From an uncultured bacterium (GTDB lineage: Bacteria; CAYUVA01): 64,000 bases of DNA. The stretch is taken from the NCBI GenBank assembly GCA_964448115.1, contig CAYUVA010000017.1, positions 1 to 64,000 on the forward strand, in the 5' to 3' direction. The notes below the pieces were generated by a model. That model worked only from the letters and a program-made list of their open reading frames with translations. It was not told the DNA's origin and searched no databases. Positions 1-9,879 of the stretch are shown here, one piece after another (positions within the stretch are counted from its first letter, which is position 1; each line of letters begins with the position of its first letter). The position numbers and the translations under genes are program-made.

Positions 1-1801
<1,801 letters not shown>

Positions 1802-1976
1802 AACTGGTATCTAAGTATAATTGAATTATCTTTGCAAGTAAAATCATAAGAAGTCTTTAGATCACTTACCTATAAAGATAGCGCAATTTCGCGCGTCTTA
1901 ATTTTCATGCCTCCCGAATAGGGGGGGATCATCGCTGTTCTTGACATAAGATTTGTTTCGCCAACGGGCACCTCCA

Positions 1977-2029
1977 TGTCATTCCCGCAGCCCCTTCTGT
2001 CATTCCCGCGCAGGCGGGAATCCAGTTCC
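1977..2029 (+). repeat. TGTCA-tagged palindrome (ATTCCCGC...GCGGGAAT, dRS3/REP-like) preceded by a 21-nt partial copy
   Basis: TGTCATTCCCGCAGCCCCTTC (1977-1997) then TGTCATTCCCGCGCAGGCGGGAATCCAGTTCC (1998-2029); the latter is 30/32 identical to 13768-13799. Confidence 0.8.
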
Positions 2030-2112
2030 CTCAGCCATGAAATGGCGACATAATTTTAGCCAGGCGCGTAAGCACACGGAACGCTAGCCCCCCTATATTC
2101 CCCCCAGTTTGG

Positions 2113-2211
2113 GAGTCTGTCTCAAAATTCCCCAACATGTCATTGCGAGGAGTCCCGATAATTCGGGACGACGAGGCAATCTTCGTTATAATCAATAAGA
2201 TAGAGATTGCT
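2113..2211 (+). mobile_element. Truncated MITE-like composite: IS-like left end plus TGTCA-tagged REP-like palindrome
   Basis: GAGTCTGTCTCAAAA (2113-2127) is identical to 56240-56254. TGTCATTGCGAGGAG-[TCCCGATAATTCGGGA]-CGACGAGGCAATC (2138-2181) matches the reverse complement of the repeat downstream of the GIY-YIG gene. Partial inverted copy GAGATTGCT at 2203-2211. Confidence 0.65.
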
Positions 2212-2262
2212 CCAGGAACTGGTTCACATAAGAACCAGTTGAATACCTACCGAGCCACTTTC

Positions 2263-2286
2263 AACTGTTGCGGTGTCTCAACAGTT
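2263..2286. repeat. 24-bp dispersed hairpin repeat (copy 1)
   Basis: AACTGTTG-CGGTGTCT-CAACAGTT has a perfect 8-bp stem and is 21/24 identical to 57541-57564. Confidence 0.55.
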
Positions 2287-2424
2287 ATTAACTTGTCGGT
2301 TAGGACACTCTGCTCCCAAGCCGTGCGCATAAGCGAGCGTTTTTTTGTGTCCTGCACCCGAATTTAAAGGCGCCCTCGCATCTATTTTTCTTACAAACTA
2401 TAATGCAGACAGGATAATTAATCG

Positions 2425-4005
2425 ATGTTGCGGATGAAAAAGCGAGCTACTTTGATTCTAAGGATCACCTTAAGTGCAGTAATGGCGATTGAATGCCTCT
2501 ACTTCGCCATATCTGGTGATATACCTTTCCCTGACGAGGGCTTCTATCTCGCAGCAGCCCGCATGGTAACCGAAGGCAATATGCTTTATTGTCATTTCCC
2601 GTACTTCCAGGCGCCATTACTCCCGTTCATATACGGCATTCTGCTCAAGCCATTTGGCTATCATTTTTTACAGGGACGCGTCCTATCGGTCTTCTTCTCT
2701 GTGATAATGGTCTGGATATTGATCCTTATTGGGGAAAGGCTGGGTGGGGTTATCGGTGCTGCTGTAGCTGGCGTTTTTACCATAGCTTCGACCTTTCTAA
2801 TCCATGTTTTATCCTCGGTGGCGGCATATTCTCAGCCAGCCATGCTTGTCTTTGTATCCATCCTTTATCTACAGGTATCAATGAACCGCCAAACATGCGG
2901 TCTGAGAAGCACACAGCTAAAAAATAAACAAGCGCTTGTGTCATCGGCTCTGGGAGCGATATTGGTGGGCATCAGGAGTACCTTTTTACCGATCGTCCTG
3001 ATCTTGCTATACCCCCGAAGGAAAGCGGGATTTGCTGCCTTTACCCGTTCTTATGTTCCGCTGGTGATTTTTTCGATTGTAATCTGGACACCTGGTTTCA
3101 TCACCTGCCCGAAAAAGGTTTGGTTCCAGAACTTTATCGTTCATAGTAAGCGCGCATCCCAGATGCCTCTGTGGCAAGACTTGAATGCTGGATTCCACTT
3201 GGGAAATGCTATTAGGGTAACCGGCAGTCTGCTTGTACACAATTTTCCCCTACTTAGCCTTATTATTTTGTTGCTAGCCTTCTCGCGAGCAAAGGGACTC
3301 AAAGACAGCGATTCACCGATACCAATCGGAAACTGGGTGCTTGCCAGTAGCGTTCATTTCTTTGTACACCTGGCTCCAGTACCGATATGGGAGGTTTATT
3401 TCCTACCCTTGCTTGTGATGCTCATAAGCGCCTTAGCACGCCGAATATCCGTTCTTCTTGATAGAAAGGCAATTAACAAGGGAACAGCTTTTCTACTCAT
3501 CTGTTTAGTAGCGATCGCTACATTCCATTTAAATGGCGGCTTAACCTTTCTGGTCTCCAAGCCAACCCATCTCTCCAGGCTCTCCGAGATAGCTGATTAT
3601 CTGAGTAAGAATACCTCTGATGGTGATGAGATCTTTACCTTTATGACCCCAATAGCCATTGAGGCTGATAGGTTGGTCATGCCCAAGGCAGAGATGTCAT
3701 TCTTCGCCTGGTTTCCAGCCTATAGTAAAAAGCGTGCCCAAGAGGTCGGAATCTTCAACACCGAGATGATCATCGAATTTCTCCTTTCCGAGCAATGCCA
3801 GGCGGTGGTGCTAACTGATCTTTGCTTCGAGCAAGGCGTCAAGCCGTCGCCCAATGACTATCAGGCGCTCATGAGGGTTATCACAGGCAAATACTTCCTG
3901 GCAGCAGTTTTTGATAACTTCTATCATACCAGGGTATTTCTGCCCAAGAGGGTTCAACTAGATAAACGACAAAGGAAGCTGCTCAATCCTCCATCAGCTT
4001 ATTGA
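2425..4005 (+). CDS. Integral membrane GT-C fold glycosyltransferase (ArnT/PMT-like, family 39/83)
   Basis: N-terminal TM helix followed by PDEGFY (DE motif), many TM helices, soluble C-terminal domain. Confidence 0.7.
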   Translation: MLRMKKRATLILRITLSAVMAIECLYFAISGDIPFPDEGFYLAAARMVTEGNMLYCHFPYFQAPLLPFIYGILLKPFGYHFLQGRVLSVFFSVIMVWILILIGERLGGVIGAAVAGVFTIASTFLIHVLSSVAAYSQPAMLVFVSILYLQVSMNRQTCGLRSTQLKNKQALVSSALGAILVGIRSTFLPIVLILLYPRRKAGFAAFTRSYVPLVIFSIVIWTPGFITCPKKVWFQNFIVHSKRASQMPLWQDLNAGFHLGNAIRVTGSLLVHNFPLLSLIILLLAFSRAKGLKDSDSPIPIGNWVLASSVHFFVHLAPVPIWEVYFLPLLVMLISALARRISVLLDRKAINKGTAFLLICLVAIATFHLNGGLTFLVSKPTHLSRLSEIADYLSKNTSDGDEIFTFMTPIAIEADRLVMPKAEMSFFAWFPAYSKKRAQEVGIFNTEMIIEFLLSEQCQAVVLTDLCFEQGVKPSPNDYQALMRVITGKYFLAAVFDNFYHTRVFLPKRVQLDKRQRKLLNPPSAY

Positions 4006-4609
4006 ACCGATCTCGATAACTATATTTGCATCCGCAGTATTGTTGCCTGTAGAAGCCGTATTCCTTAGCTATCAGACAGCTTTTCTTGTAGCCGTCCTTT
4101 TTCTTGAAGTCAGCCTCCAGGAAGCTTATGCCATGTCTCTTCCCGACCTTTATCCCAACCTTGTTTATCAAGGAAGCATTCTTGTGCGGGCTAACGGTCA
4201 TGGTAGTGGTAATGAATCCTACCTGGTTTTCTTTTGCGAATCTGGCGGTGGCATCGAGACGAAAACGAAAGCATACCTCGCAGCGAGCGCCACCCTCTGG
4301 CTCATCCTCCAATCCCTTTATCGCTGAGTTGTATTCATCGATCCGATCATCTTCTAAGTACAATGCTATATTAAGACTCGTGAGTAGCCTTTTGACCTCG
4401 GCGAGGCGCAGCTCGAATTCCTTTTCAGGATAGATATTGGGATTGAAGAAGTACCCGATGACCTCGTAATCTCCTGTTAGCTCAGCGATCACGTGCCCGG
4501 CGCATGGCGCACAGCAGATGTGCAAAACCAACTGGGACTTCTTGCGCTCATCTAGGGAATCTTCCTCAGGTAACTCTAATGGCGAATATAATCTTTTTGC
4601 CATTGCCAT
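3983..4609 (-). CDS. queH: Epoxyqueuosine reductase QueH (DUF208)
   Basis: LHICCAPC, YFFNPNIYP, EPEGGARCEVCFRFRL, SPHKN, YRQQYCGCKYS. Confidence 0.92.
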   Translation of the reverse strand: MAMAKRLYSPLELPEEDSLDERKKSQLVLHICCAPCAGHVIAELTGDYEVIGYFFNPNIYPEKEFELRLAEVKRLLTSLNIALYLEDDRIDEYNSAIKGLEDEPEGGARCEVCFRFRLDATARFAKENQVGFITTTMTVSPHKNASLINKVGIKVGKRHGISFLEADFKKKDGYKKSCLIAKEYGFYRQQYCGCKYSYRDRFNKLMED

Positions 4610-4646
4610 CTAGGTAATAACTAACTATTCAATTTAGCTATTTATA

Positions 4647-6122
4647 TTATTTCCATATTTTATCTTTGAATCGTATCTTTTCGGCTGCTATCAAGGCAGC
4701 CCCGGAGATCATGTTGACCAGATCTCGATGATTCTTTAGCTTTTTAAGTCTCTCCAGAACATATCTTGGACGGGCGTAGAATGCTCTATTGGCTACAAAT
4801 AAACGATGGTTGATAACACTTAGCTTGGGACCGAGTCCGGTTTTGTTCATGAATGTTTCAAGGTCTCCGACCATGTATAGCTCGAACAAGTCCTCGTTGG
4901 TAATCAATCCCTGCTTCACCTTTCCTTGCACCATATTGGATTTGGGATCGGGAAGCAGTTGCCCATAAAGCACGAAATCAGGCTCCAAGGCTTGTACGAA
5001 GCGCAGCGTTTCATCAAATGCCCTATCATCCTCACCAGGGGCACCCAAAAGCATGTAAACTAGGGTTCTGATGCCGACTTTTTTGGTCGCCTCTATTGCC
5101 TTAAAAGAATGCTCCACCATGGATTGCTTGTTCAAGGCATCGAGAACAGCCTGGGAGCCGGATTCCACGCCATAAGATATCATGTAACACCCTGCTTCAG
5201 CCATTGACTTGAGCAAATCCTTGTTCACCGTATCCACCCTGGATTTGCAGGTCCATTTAAGGCTCAATCTTTCACTCAGTATCCTCTCGCATAACTGCAT
5301 AACCCGATCAGGGATTAGAGTGAAAGTCGGATCTACGAAGTAAACTTCCCTGATGCCAAAGTTTGCCTTGAGATGCCTGAGTTCCTCAACCAGGTACTCG
5401 ACTGATTTGACACGCAGTGTCTTATCCAGGGTGCAGAAGGTGCAGCCATACCCGCAACCACGCATCCCTTCAACGGTTGTAACAGGAGGATAAAGCCCGA
5501 ACGGCGGGTGAAAGCGATACCTAACATTGGGAAGCAGCTCCCGCGCTGGTAGTGGATTTGAGTCCAGGTTTATGTAACCTCTTGCTGGCGTCATTATCAC
5601 TTCACCAGCGGACTTGAAGGCAATGCCCTTGATATCTTCAAGGGATCTATCTCCCGTGGTCTGTTGGGCTATCTCGATAAGTGTTTCCTCACCTTCGCCG
5701 TAGCAGAAGATCAAAGATCCATCTGGTATCGACTTGTCATCAAAACCGGCAATGCACCGAGCAGAATAGATCAATCTAGGCTCGAAAAGCACCCCTGGAC
5801 CACCGATCACCACCTTTGCACCAGGTTGGCGCTTTATTATGATGCTAGCCAGCTCCAGCGCGCTTTTGAGGCTCAAGACAGTGCAACTTATGCCGTATAA
5901 ATCATACTTATTCTTGACCAGGCGCGGGAAGGCTTCAAGCGAGCCTCGCATTGCAGGCATATCAAGTATGGTCGGCTCATGTCCCTGTCGTTTAAGCACG
6001 GCAGCGAGCTGCGCAAGCCCCAAAGCCGGCATAGGATAGACACCGCTGAGATTGAACTTTAGCCGACTGAAGGGTGCCTGGATTAGCAATATTTTCTTAG
6101 AGTTGCTTTTATTCACCGTCAT
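4647..6122 (-). CDS. Cobalamin-binding radical SAM protein
   Basis: N-terminal B12-binding-like region (PALGLAQLAAVL, VVIGGP, YGEGEET), CxxxCxxC motif RGCGYGCTFC, GVESGSQ. Confidence 0.85.
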   Translation of the reverse strand: MTVNKSNSKKILLIQAPFSRLKFNLSGVYPMPALGLAQLAAVLKRQGHEPTILDMPAMRGSLEAFPRLVKNKYDLYGISCTVLSLKSALELASIIIKRQPGAKVVIGGPGVLFEPRLIYSARCIAGFDDKSIPDGSLIFCYGEGEETLIEIAQQTTGDRSLEDIKGIAFKSAGEVIMTPARGYINLDSNPLPARELLPNVRYRFHPPFGLYPPVTTVEGMRGCGYGCTFCTLDKTLRVKSVEYLVEELRHLKANFGIREVYFVDPTFTLIPDRVMQLCERILSERLSLKWTCKSRVDTVNKDLLKSMAEAGCYMISYGVESGSQAVLDALNKQSMVEHSFKAIEATKKVGIRTLVYMLLGAPGEDDRAFDETLRFVQALEPDFVLYGQLLPDPKSNMVQGKVKQGLITNEDLFELYMVGDLETFMNKTGLGPKLSVINHRLFVANRAFYARPRYVLERLKKLKNHRDLVNMISGAALIAAEKIRFKDKIWK

Positions 6123-7263
6123 TAGCCGCTTCCTCGAATCGAGATATATCTATGACCTCCTTTGGCAATGACAACCTGCCGCTCATCACCGCCGCTATAG
6201 CAACCGGCAGACTGGTTACAAAGACCTTTTGATCCTTTGCCAAAAGGGTATTGTTCACCGGCAAGGTGGTGATGATATTCTTCCCGACTGGTTGTTTGAC
6301 TAGCGGGCATTCCTTGCATTCTGGTCTGGTTATGATGCTTCCTTTATCAACCATGTATCCAAGCGAATCGTCCACCAATGCCATCATGGCTGTTCTTTTA
6401 GTTGCCGGGATGATCCACAGCTTGAGCTGGTGATGGATACCAGCTTGTCTAATCGCATCTGCCATCCATGCCAAGTCCTTATAATATCCTGTTGAACAAC
6501 CGCCAACAATCGCCTGGTCGATGGGGTGTCCAAGTAGGTCTTCGAGATACTCCGCTTTTACTTCATTGTTGCTCACGACGAAGAGCTGATGCTGCAAGCT
6601 CGCTAGGTCTATTTCCCGTGCGCATTTTTTGTTGCCAGCATCAGAAAGTACTGATGGATCGATATCAATAAGCTCGATATCAGAGGGGAGATCATCATCT
6701 GATTTATCGTAAAATAGCTCCATGTTATGGACTATATTGCTGCAAGTAACCGCAGCAAAACAATTGTCAAAGCACAGAATCTCAGGGTTCTTTATCTCAA
6801 AGGCGATGCGCCTATTACGATCCCGCAGGCATTCCCTGGAAAGTTCTATCATCAGGTCAAATTGGCTAATAAAACCTTCGTATAGACCAACAGTCTCCAC
6901 CATCGAGAACTCGGGCACTTGATAAGGCGCCCAAAACTTCCCCTGGCGAAGCTCTGGAGCTGACTCAATCCCCAGAGCGCCATTTGCTCCGCAAGGCTTC
7001 AAACATAATTCGCCAGCACAGACATCGCCCGGTCGTATCAGCCCCTTTTCGAGCGCTACTGCAATCGGGATTCCCTCGTATGCAGGGTGAATTAAGTGGC
7101 GAATATCCAACTTATTCAAGTCAATACTAGCCTCAAGGTCATTATTAGTAACATCTGATAGGAGGACGGATACACTCAAATTAGCGGTATCACCGGTTTC
7201 ATAAAAATCTAATCCGGAAGCAGTTTTGATTATGTTAGCCAGACTTGACATCTTTTTTAACAT
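6109..7263 (-). CDS. Divergent aconitase-family protein (LeuC/homoaconitase large-subunit-like)
   Basis: GLIRPGD, IDQAIVGGCSTG..DL, IIPAT, PECKEC (Fe-S Cys pattern), SLPVAIAAVMSGRL C-terminus. Confidence 0.6.
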   Translation of the reverse strand: MLKKMSSLANIIKTASGLDFYETGDTANLSVSVLLSDVTNNDLEASIDLNKLDIRHLIHPAYEGIPIAVALEKGLIRPGDVCAGELCLKPCGANGALGIESAPELRQGKFWAPYQVPEFSMVETVGLYEGFISQFDLMIELSRECLRDRNRRIAFEIKNPEILCFDNCFAAVTCSNIVHNMELFYDKSDDDLPSDIELIDIDPSVLSDAGNKKCAREIDLASLQHQLFVVSNNEVKAEYLEDLLGHPIDQAIVGGCSTGYYKDLAWMADAIRQAGIHHQLKLWIIPATKRTAMMALVDDSLGYMVDKGSIITRPECKECPLVKQPVGKNIITTLPVNNTLLAKDQKVFVTSLPVAIAAVMSGRLSLPKEVIDISRFEEAANDGE

Positions 7264-7530
7264 CCTTCGTTTCTGTATTTCCCTATCAAATCGAGGTGTA
7301 AAAAACCATTGATCAAGATTTTTCCCTTAATACAGACGCCCCCCTCGAAAGAGGCGACTTGCCCTTATAATATATTTTTTCCTATAACTTTACACCACTC
7401 TCACTAGTGAAGTTTATCATGCCTTTGTCTTGGTTTGCCTTAATTAGAAAAGCCACCAGGTGGCAAATGGTTATGCACTTGATATATAAATGCTTGTCTG
7501 AAATCATAGATATGGAGCAAATCTGCCTTT

Positions 7531-9642
7531 ATGTGCATAAAGACCATGAGAACGATATTGTTATTATTATTCATCTTGCTGATCATTGCCTTACCAACTA
7601 TATCTCTGTGCAAGCCAAGATACACTGCCGGCAGCTCGGTGGTCGAGGTTTCCTCCATGAAACCAGCGCCTGCCAGAGAGGATAGCCTCGGTGCGCCTGA
7701 TATCGAGATCGTCCCTTTTGTGCGCAATGTAACCAAGCATGGTAGGAAGGAATATACCATCAATGCTGATAAAGCGCTAGCTTACTTCAAGGAGAAGATG
7801 TACCTGCTGGTTGGCATCAGGCAAGCGGTCTTCTATCAAAAAAGCGAGCGCATAGAGATCCGCGCCGACCAGGGGCAGTGGTTCGAGGAGACCAGAACCA
7901 TCAAGCTAAAGGGTAATGTGAGCTGCCATATCACCGACCTTAAGGATGAGAATATAACCTATCAAATCCGCACCGATGAGGCGTTCTACAGCCAACAGAC
8001 CGGCGAGTTCAAGAGCGAGGCGCCTATCCACTTCGATAGCCCCGATATTACGGTGGATGGGATTGGATTACTTGGAAATGCCCAGAAAAAGGAGCTCAAG
8101 ATCCTCCAGGATGTGCGCATCTTAATAAAGAAACTTCCCAGCGATGCTGGATTGGATATCCAAGAAAAACTGGTGATCAAAAGCCAAACACTGGAATATA
8201 TCGGAGAGCGACAGCTTATTCAGCTTGAGGGGGCACCAATGGCTCTGCTTGGCCAGAGTCAACTGAGCGGGGAGATCTTCAAACTGTTTATCCACCCTAA
8301 TAATCGCTACCTGGAGATCATCAATGATGTAAAGCTAGATTATTATCTTGAGAAAGAGCATAAATGGATAAGGGCAAAGGCTAGCCGGCTGCGTGTGAAT
8401 CCAAATAGCGGGCTGATCAATCTATATGGCGCTCCGAGAATAATTTATGGCGAGTATGAATTAAAGGCTTTACAGCTTAATATCTTGCTAGATCCCGAGA
8501 CCAACAAGCCTATAGCACTCGATGCTAAAGGGGATGTGAAACTGAATAGTCCCGAATATAGCGGAAAAACGCGCGCATTGCTCTACAACTTTGTGGAGAG
8601 ATCAGCTATCTTTTCAGGGTATCCAACTCTCAGGCAAGGTAGCAATATCGTCTCTGCTCGACAGATCATCGTAACCGATGGTGGAGATCGCATATTATTG
8701 ATCGACCAGGTCAAGGGGCTCTACTTCGCTGATGAGGACCAAGCCAGAAAGTTACTGCCTGATGGGAGCAACCTCGAGGCTCTGACAAGCGGTGAAAAAC
8801 CGCTTACCATCACTGCTAACCACGGCGATATTGACCTGGCAACCGGCAGGGCGACCTTTAGAGACCAGGTGAAGATCACCAAAGGCGACACCGAGCTGTA
8901 CGCCCCCGTCCTGGAGGTGTCTTTCTTCCCCAAGGAGCAGCTCTACAAGGATAGAGTCAAGTGGATCGCAGCCTGGGGTGGTGTGCACCTGGCGCAGAAG
9001 AACATGAATGTCTATGGCGACAAAGCGCTTTACTACCAGCAGGAAGGTAAGGTGGTGCTTAGCGGCAATTGCAGAACCTGGCAGAGGGACAATAGCTTAA
9101 AGTGCGATCACCTGGCATACTTCCTGGATGGGGATTACCTTGCTGCCGATAGCAATGTTACCAGCCAACTGAACCTCAAGGGTTCAAAACAAGGTAGAGA
9201 TACGCCCTTTATCAATGGCAACCAACCTATAAATGTAACCGCAGCCAACTTCGAGTATTCTGATATAACTCGCAGTGGAAAATATTCTGGCCGAGTCATC
9301 GCCCGCCAGGAGGGAAGACTTATCAAGGCGGAAACCATAGAATTCATCCTGGCAGAGGAGGGGAGGGAGCTGGGCGCTCTGATCGCCAGCGGCAAGGTCT
9401 CCATCAGGGATAAACAAGGCAAGGCAGACTGCGAGCAGATGATATACAACCACCTGGAAGACAAGGTTATATTCTATGGGAATCCAGCCGAGGTCTGGGA
9501 TACCACCCAAGGCGCTCGTGGAGAGAGGATCACATACTTCCTCGACCAGAGAAGATTCAATGTTTACGGGGAACTTAGGGAGCGAGCATACAGCATCTAC
9601 CAGCCCTCGGGAAAGCAAGTGGATAAGGAATTCTCACAGTGA
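7531..9642 (+). CDS. LPS transport periplasmic protein: LptC-like N-terminus plus multiple LptA/OstA-like repeats
   Basis: N-terminal anchor helix; repeated beta-jellyroll signatures (IRADQGQW..IKLKGNV, AKGDVKL, ATFRDQVKITKG, AWGGVHLAQ, VVLSGNC, IASGKVSI, GERITYFL). Start may be ATG 7546. Confidence 0.75.
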   Translation: MCIKTMRTILLLLFILLIIALPTISLCKPRYTAGSSVVEVSSMKPAPAREDSLGAPDIEIVPFVRNVTKHGRKEYTINADKALAYFKEKMYLLVGIRQAVFYQKSERIEIRADQGQWFEETRTIKLKGNVSCHITDLKDENITYQIRTDEAFYSQQTGEFKSEAPIHFDSPDITVDGIGLLGNAQKKELKILQDVRILIKKLPSDAGLDIQEKLVIKSQTLEYIGERQLIQLEGAPMALLGQSQLSGEIFKLFIHPNNRYLEIINDVKLDYYLEKEHKWIRAKASRLRVNPNSGLINLYGAPRIIYGEYELKALQLNILLDPETNKPIALDAKGDVKLNSPEYSGKTRALLYNFVERSAIFSGYPTLRQGSNIVSARQIIVTDGGDRILLIDQVKGLYFADEDQARKLLPDGSNLEALTSGEKPLTITANHGDIDLATGRATFRDQVKITKGDTELYAPVLEVSFFPKEQLYKDRVKWIAAWGGVHLAQKNMNVYGDKALYYQQEGKVVLSGNCRTWQRDNSLKCDHLAYFLDGDYLAADSNVTSQLNLKGSKQGRDTPFINGNQPINVTAANFEYSDITRSGKYSGRVIARQEGRLIKAETIEFILAEEGRELGALIASGKVSIRDKQGKADCEQMIYNHLEDKVIFYGNPAEVWDTTQGARGERITYFLDQRRFNVYGELRERAYSIYQPSGKQVDKEFSQ

Positions 9643-9771
9643 TATAATACAGACACAAGTTCCGGGTGAGCTTGTTGTAGTTTTTTTGAAAAACGAATCG
9701 TCATTGTTCCTAAAGAGATGTTTTGTGTCCAGATACAGGTTGACTTGGTATGAGAAAGAAATATAGGGTGC

Positions 9772-9800
9772 TTGACACTGGACTATAATGCTGTTAAGAT
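9772..9800 (+). promoter_or_regulatory. Sigma70-like promoter upstream of the secreted protein gene
   Basis: TTGACA (9772-9777), 17-nt spacer, TAAGAT (9795-9800) with a TG extension. Confidence 0.5.
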
Positions 9801-9879
9801 GACATGTTGTTGGAAAAAAGAAGATAAATGATCTATAAATGGGCGTTGTTAACATAGAATCCAACAAGGAGAAGATAAT

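Noticed and set aside
2137-2367. 76-aa ORF in the pilT intergenic region (and the similar ORFs at 56189-56461)
   Set aside because: They consist of palindromic repeat sequence and have no recognisable protein features.
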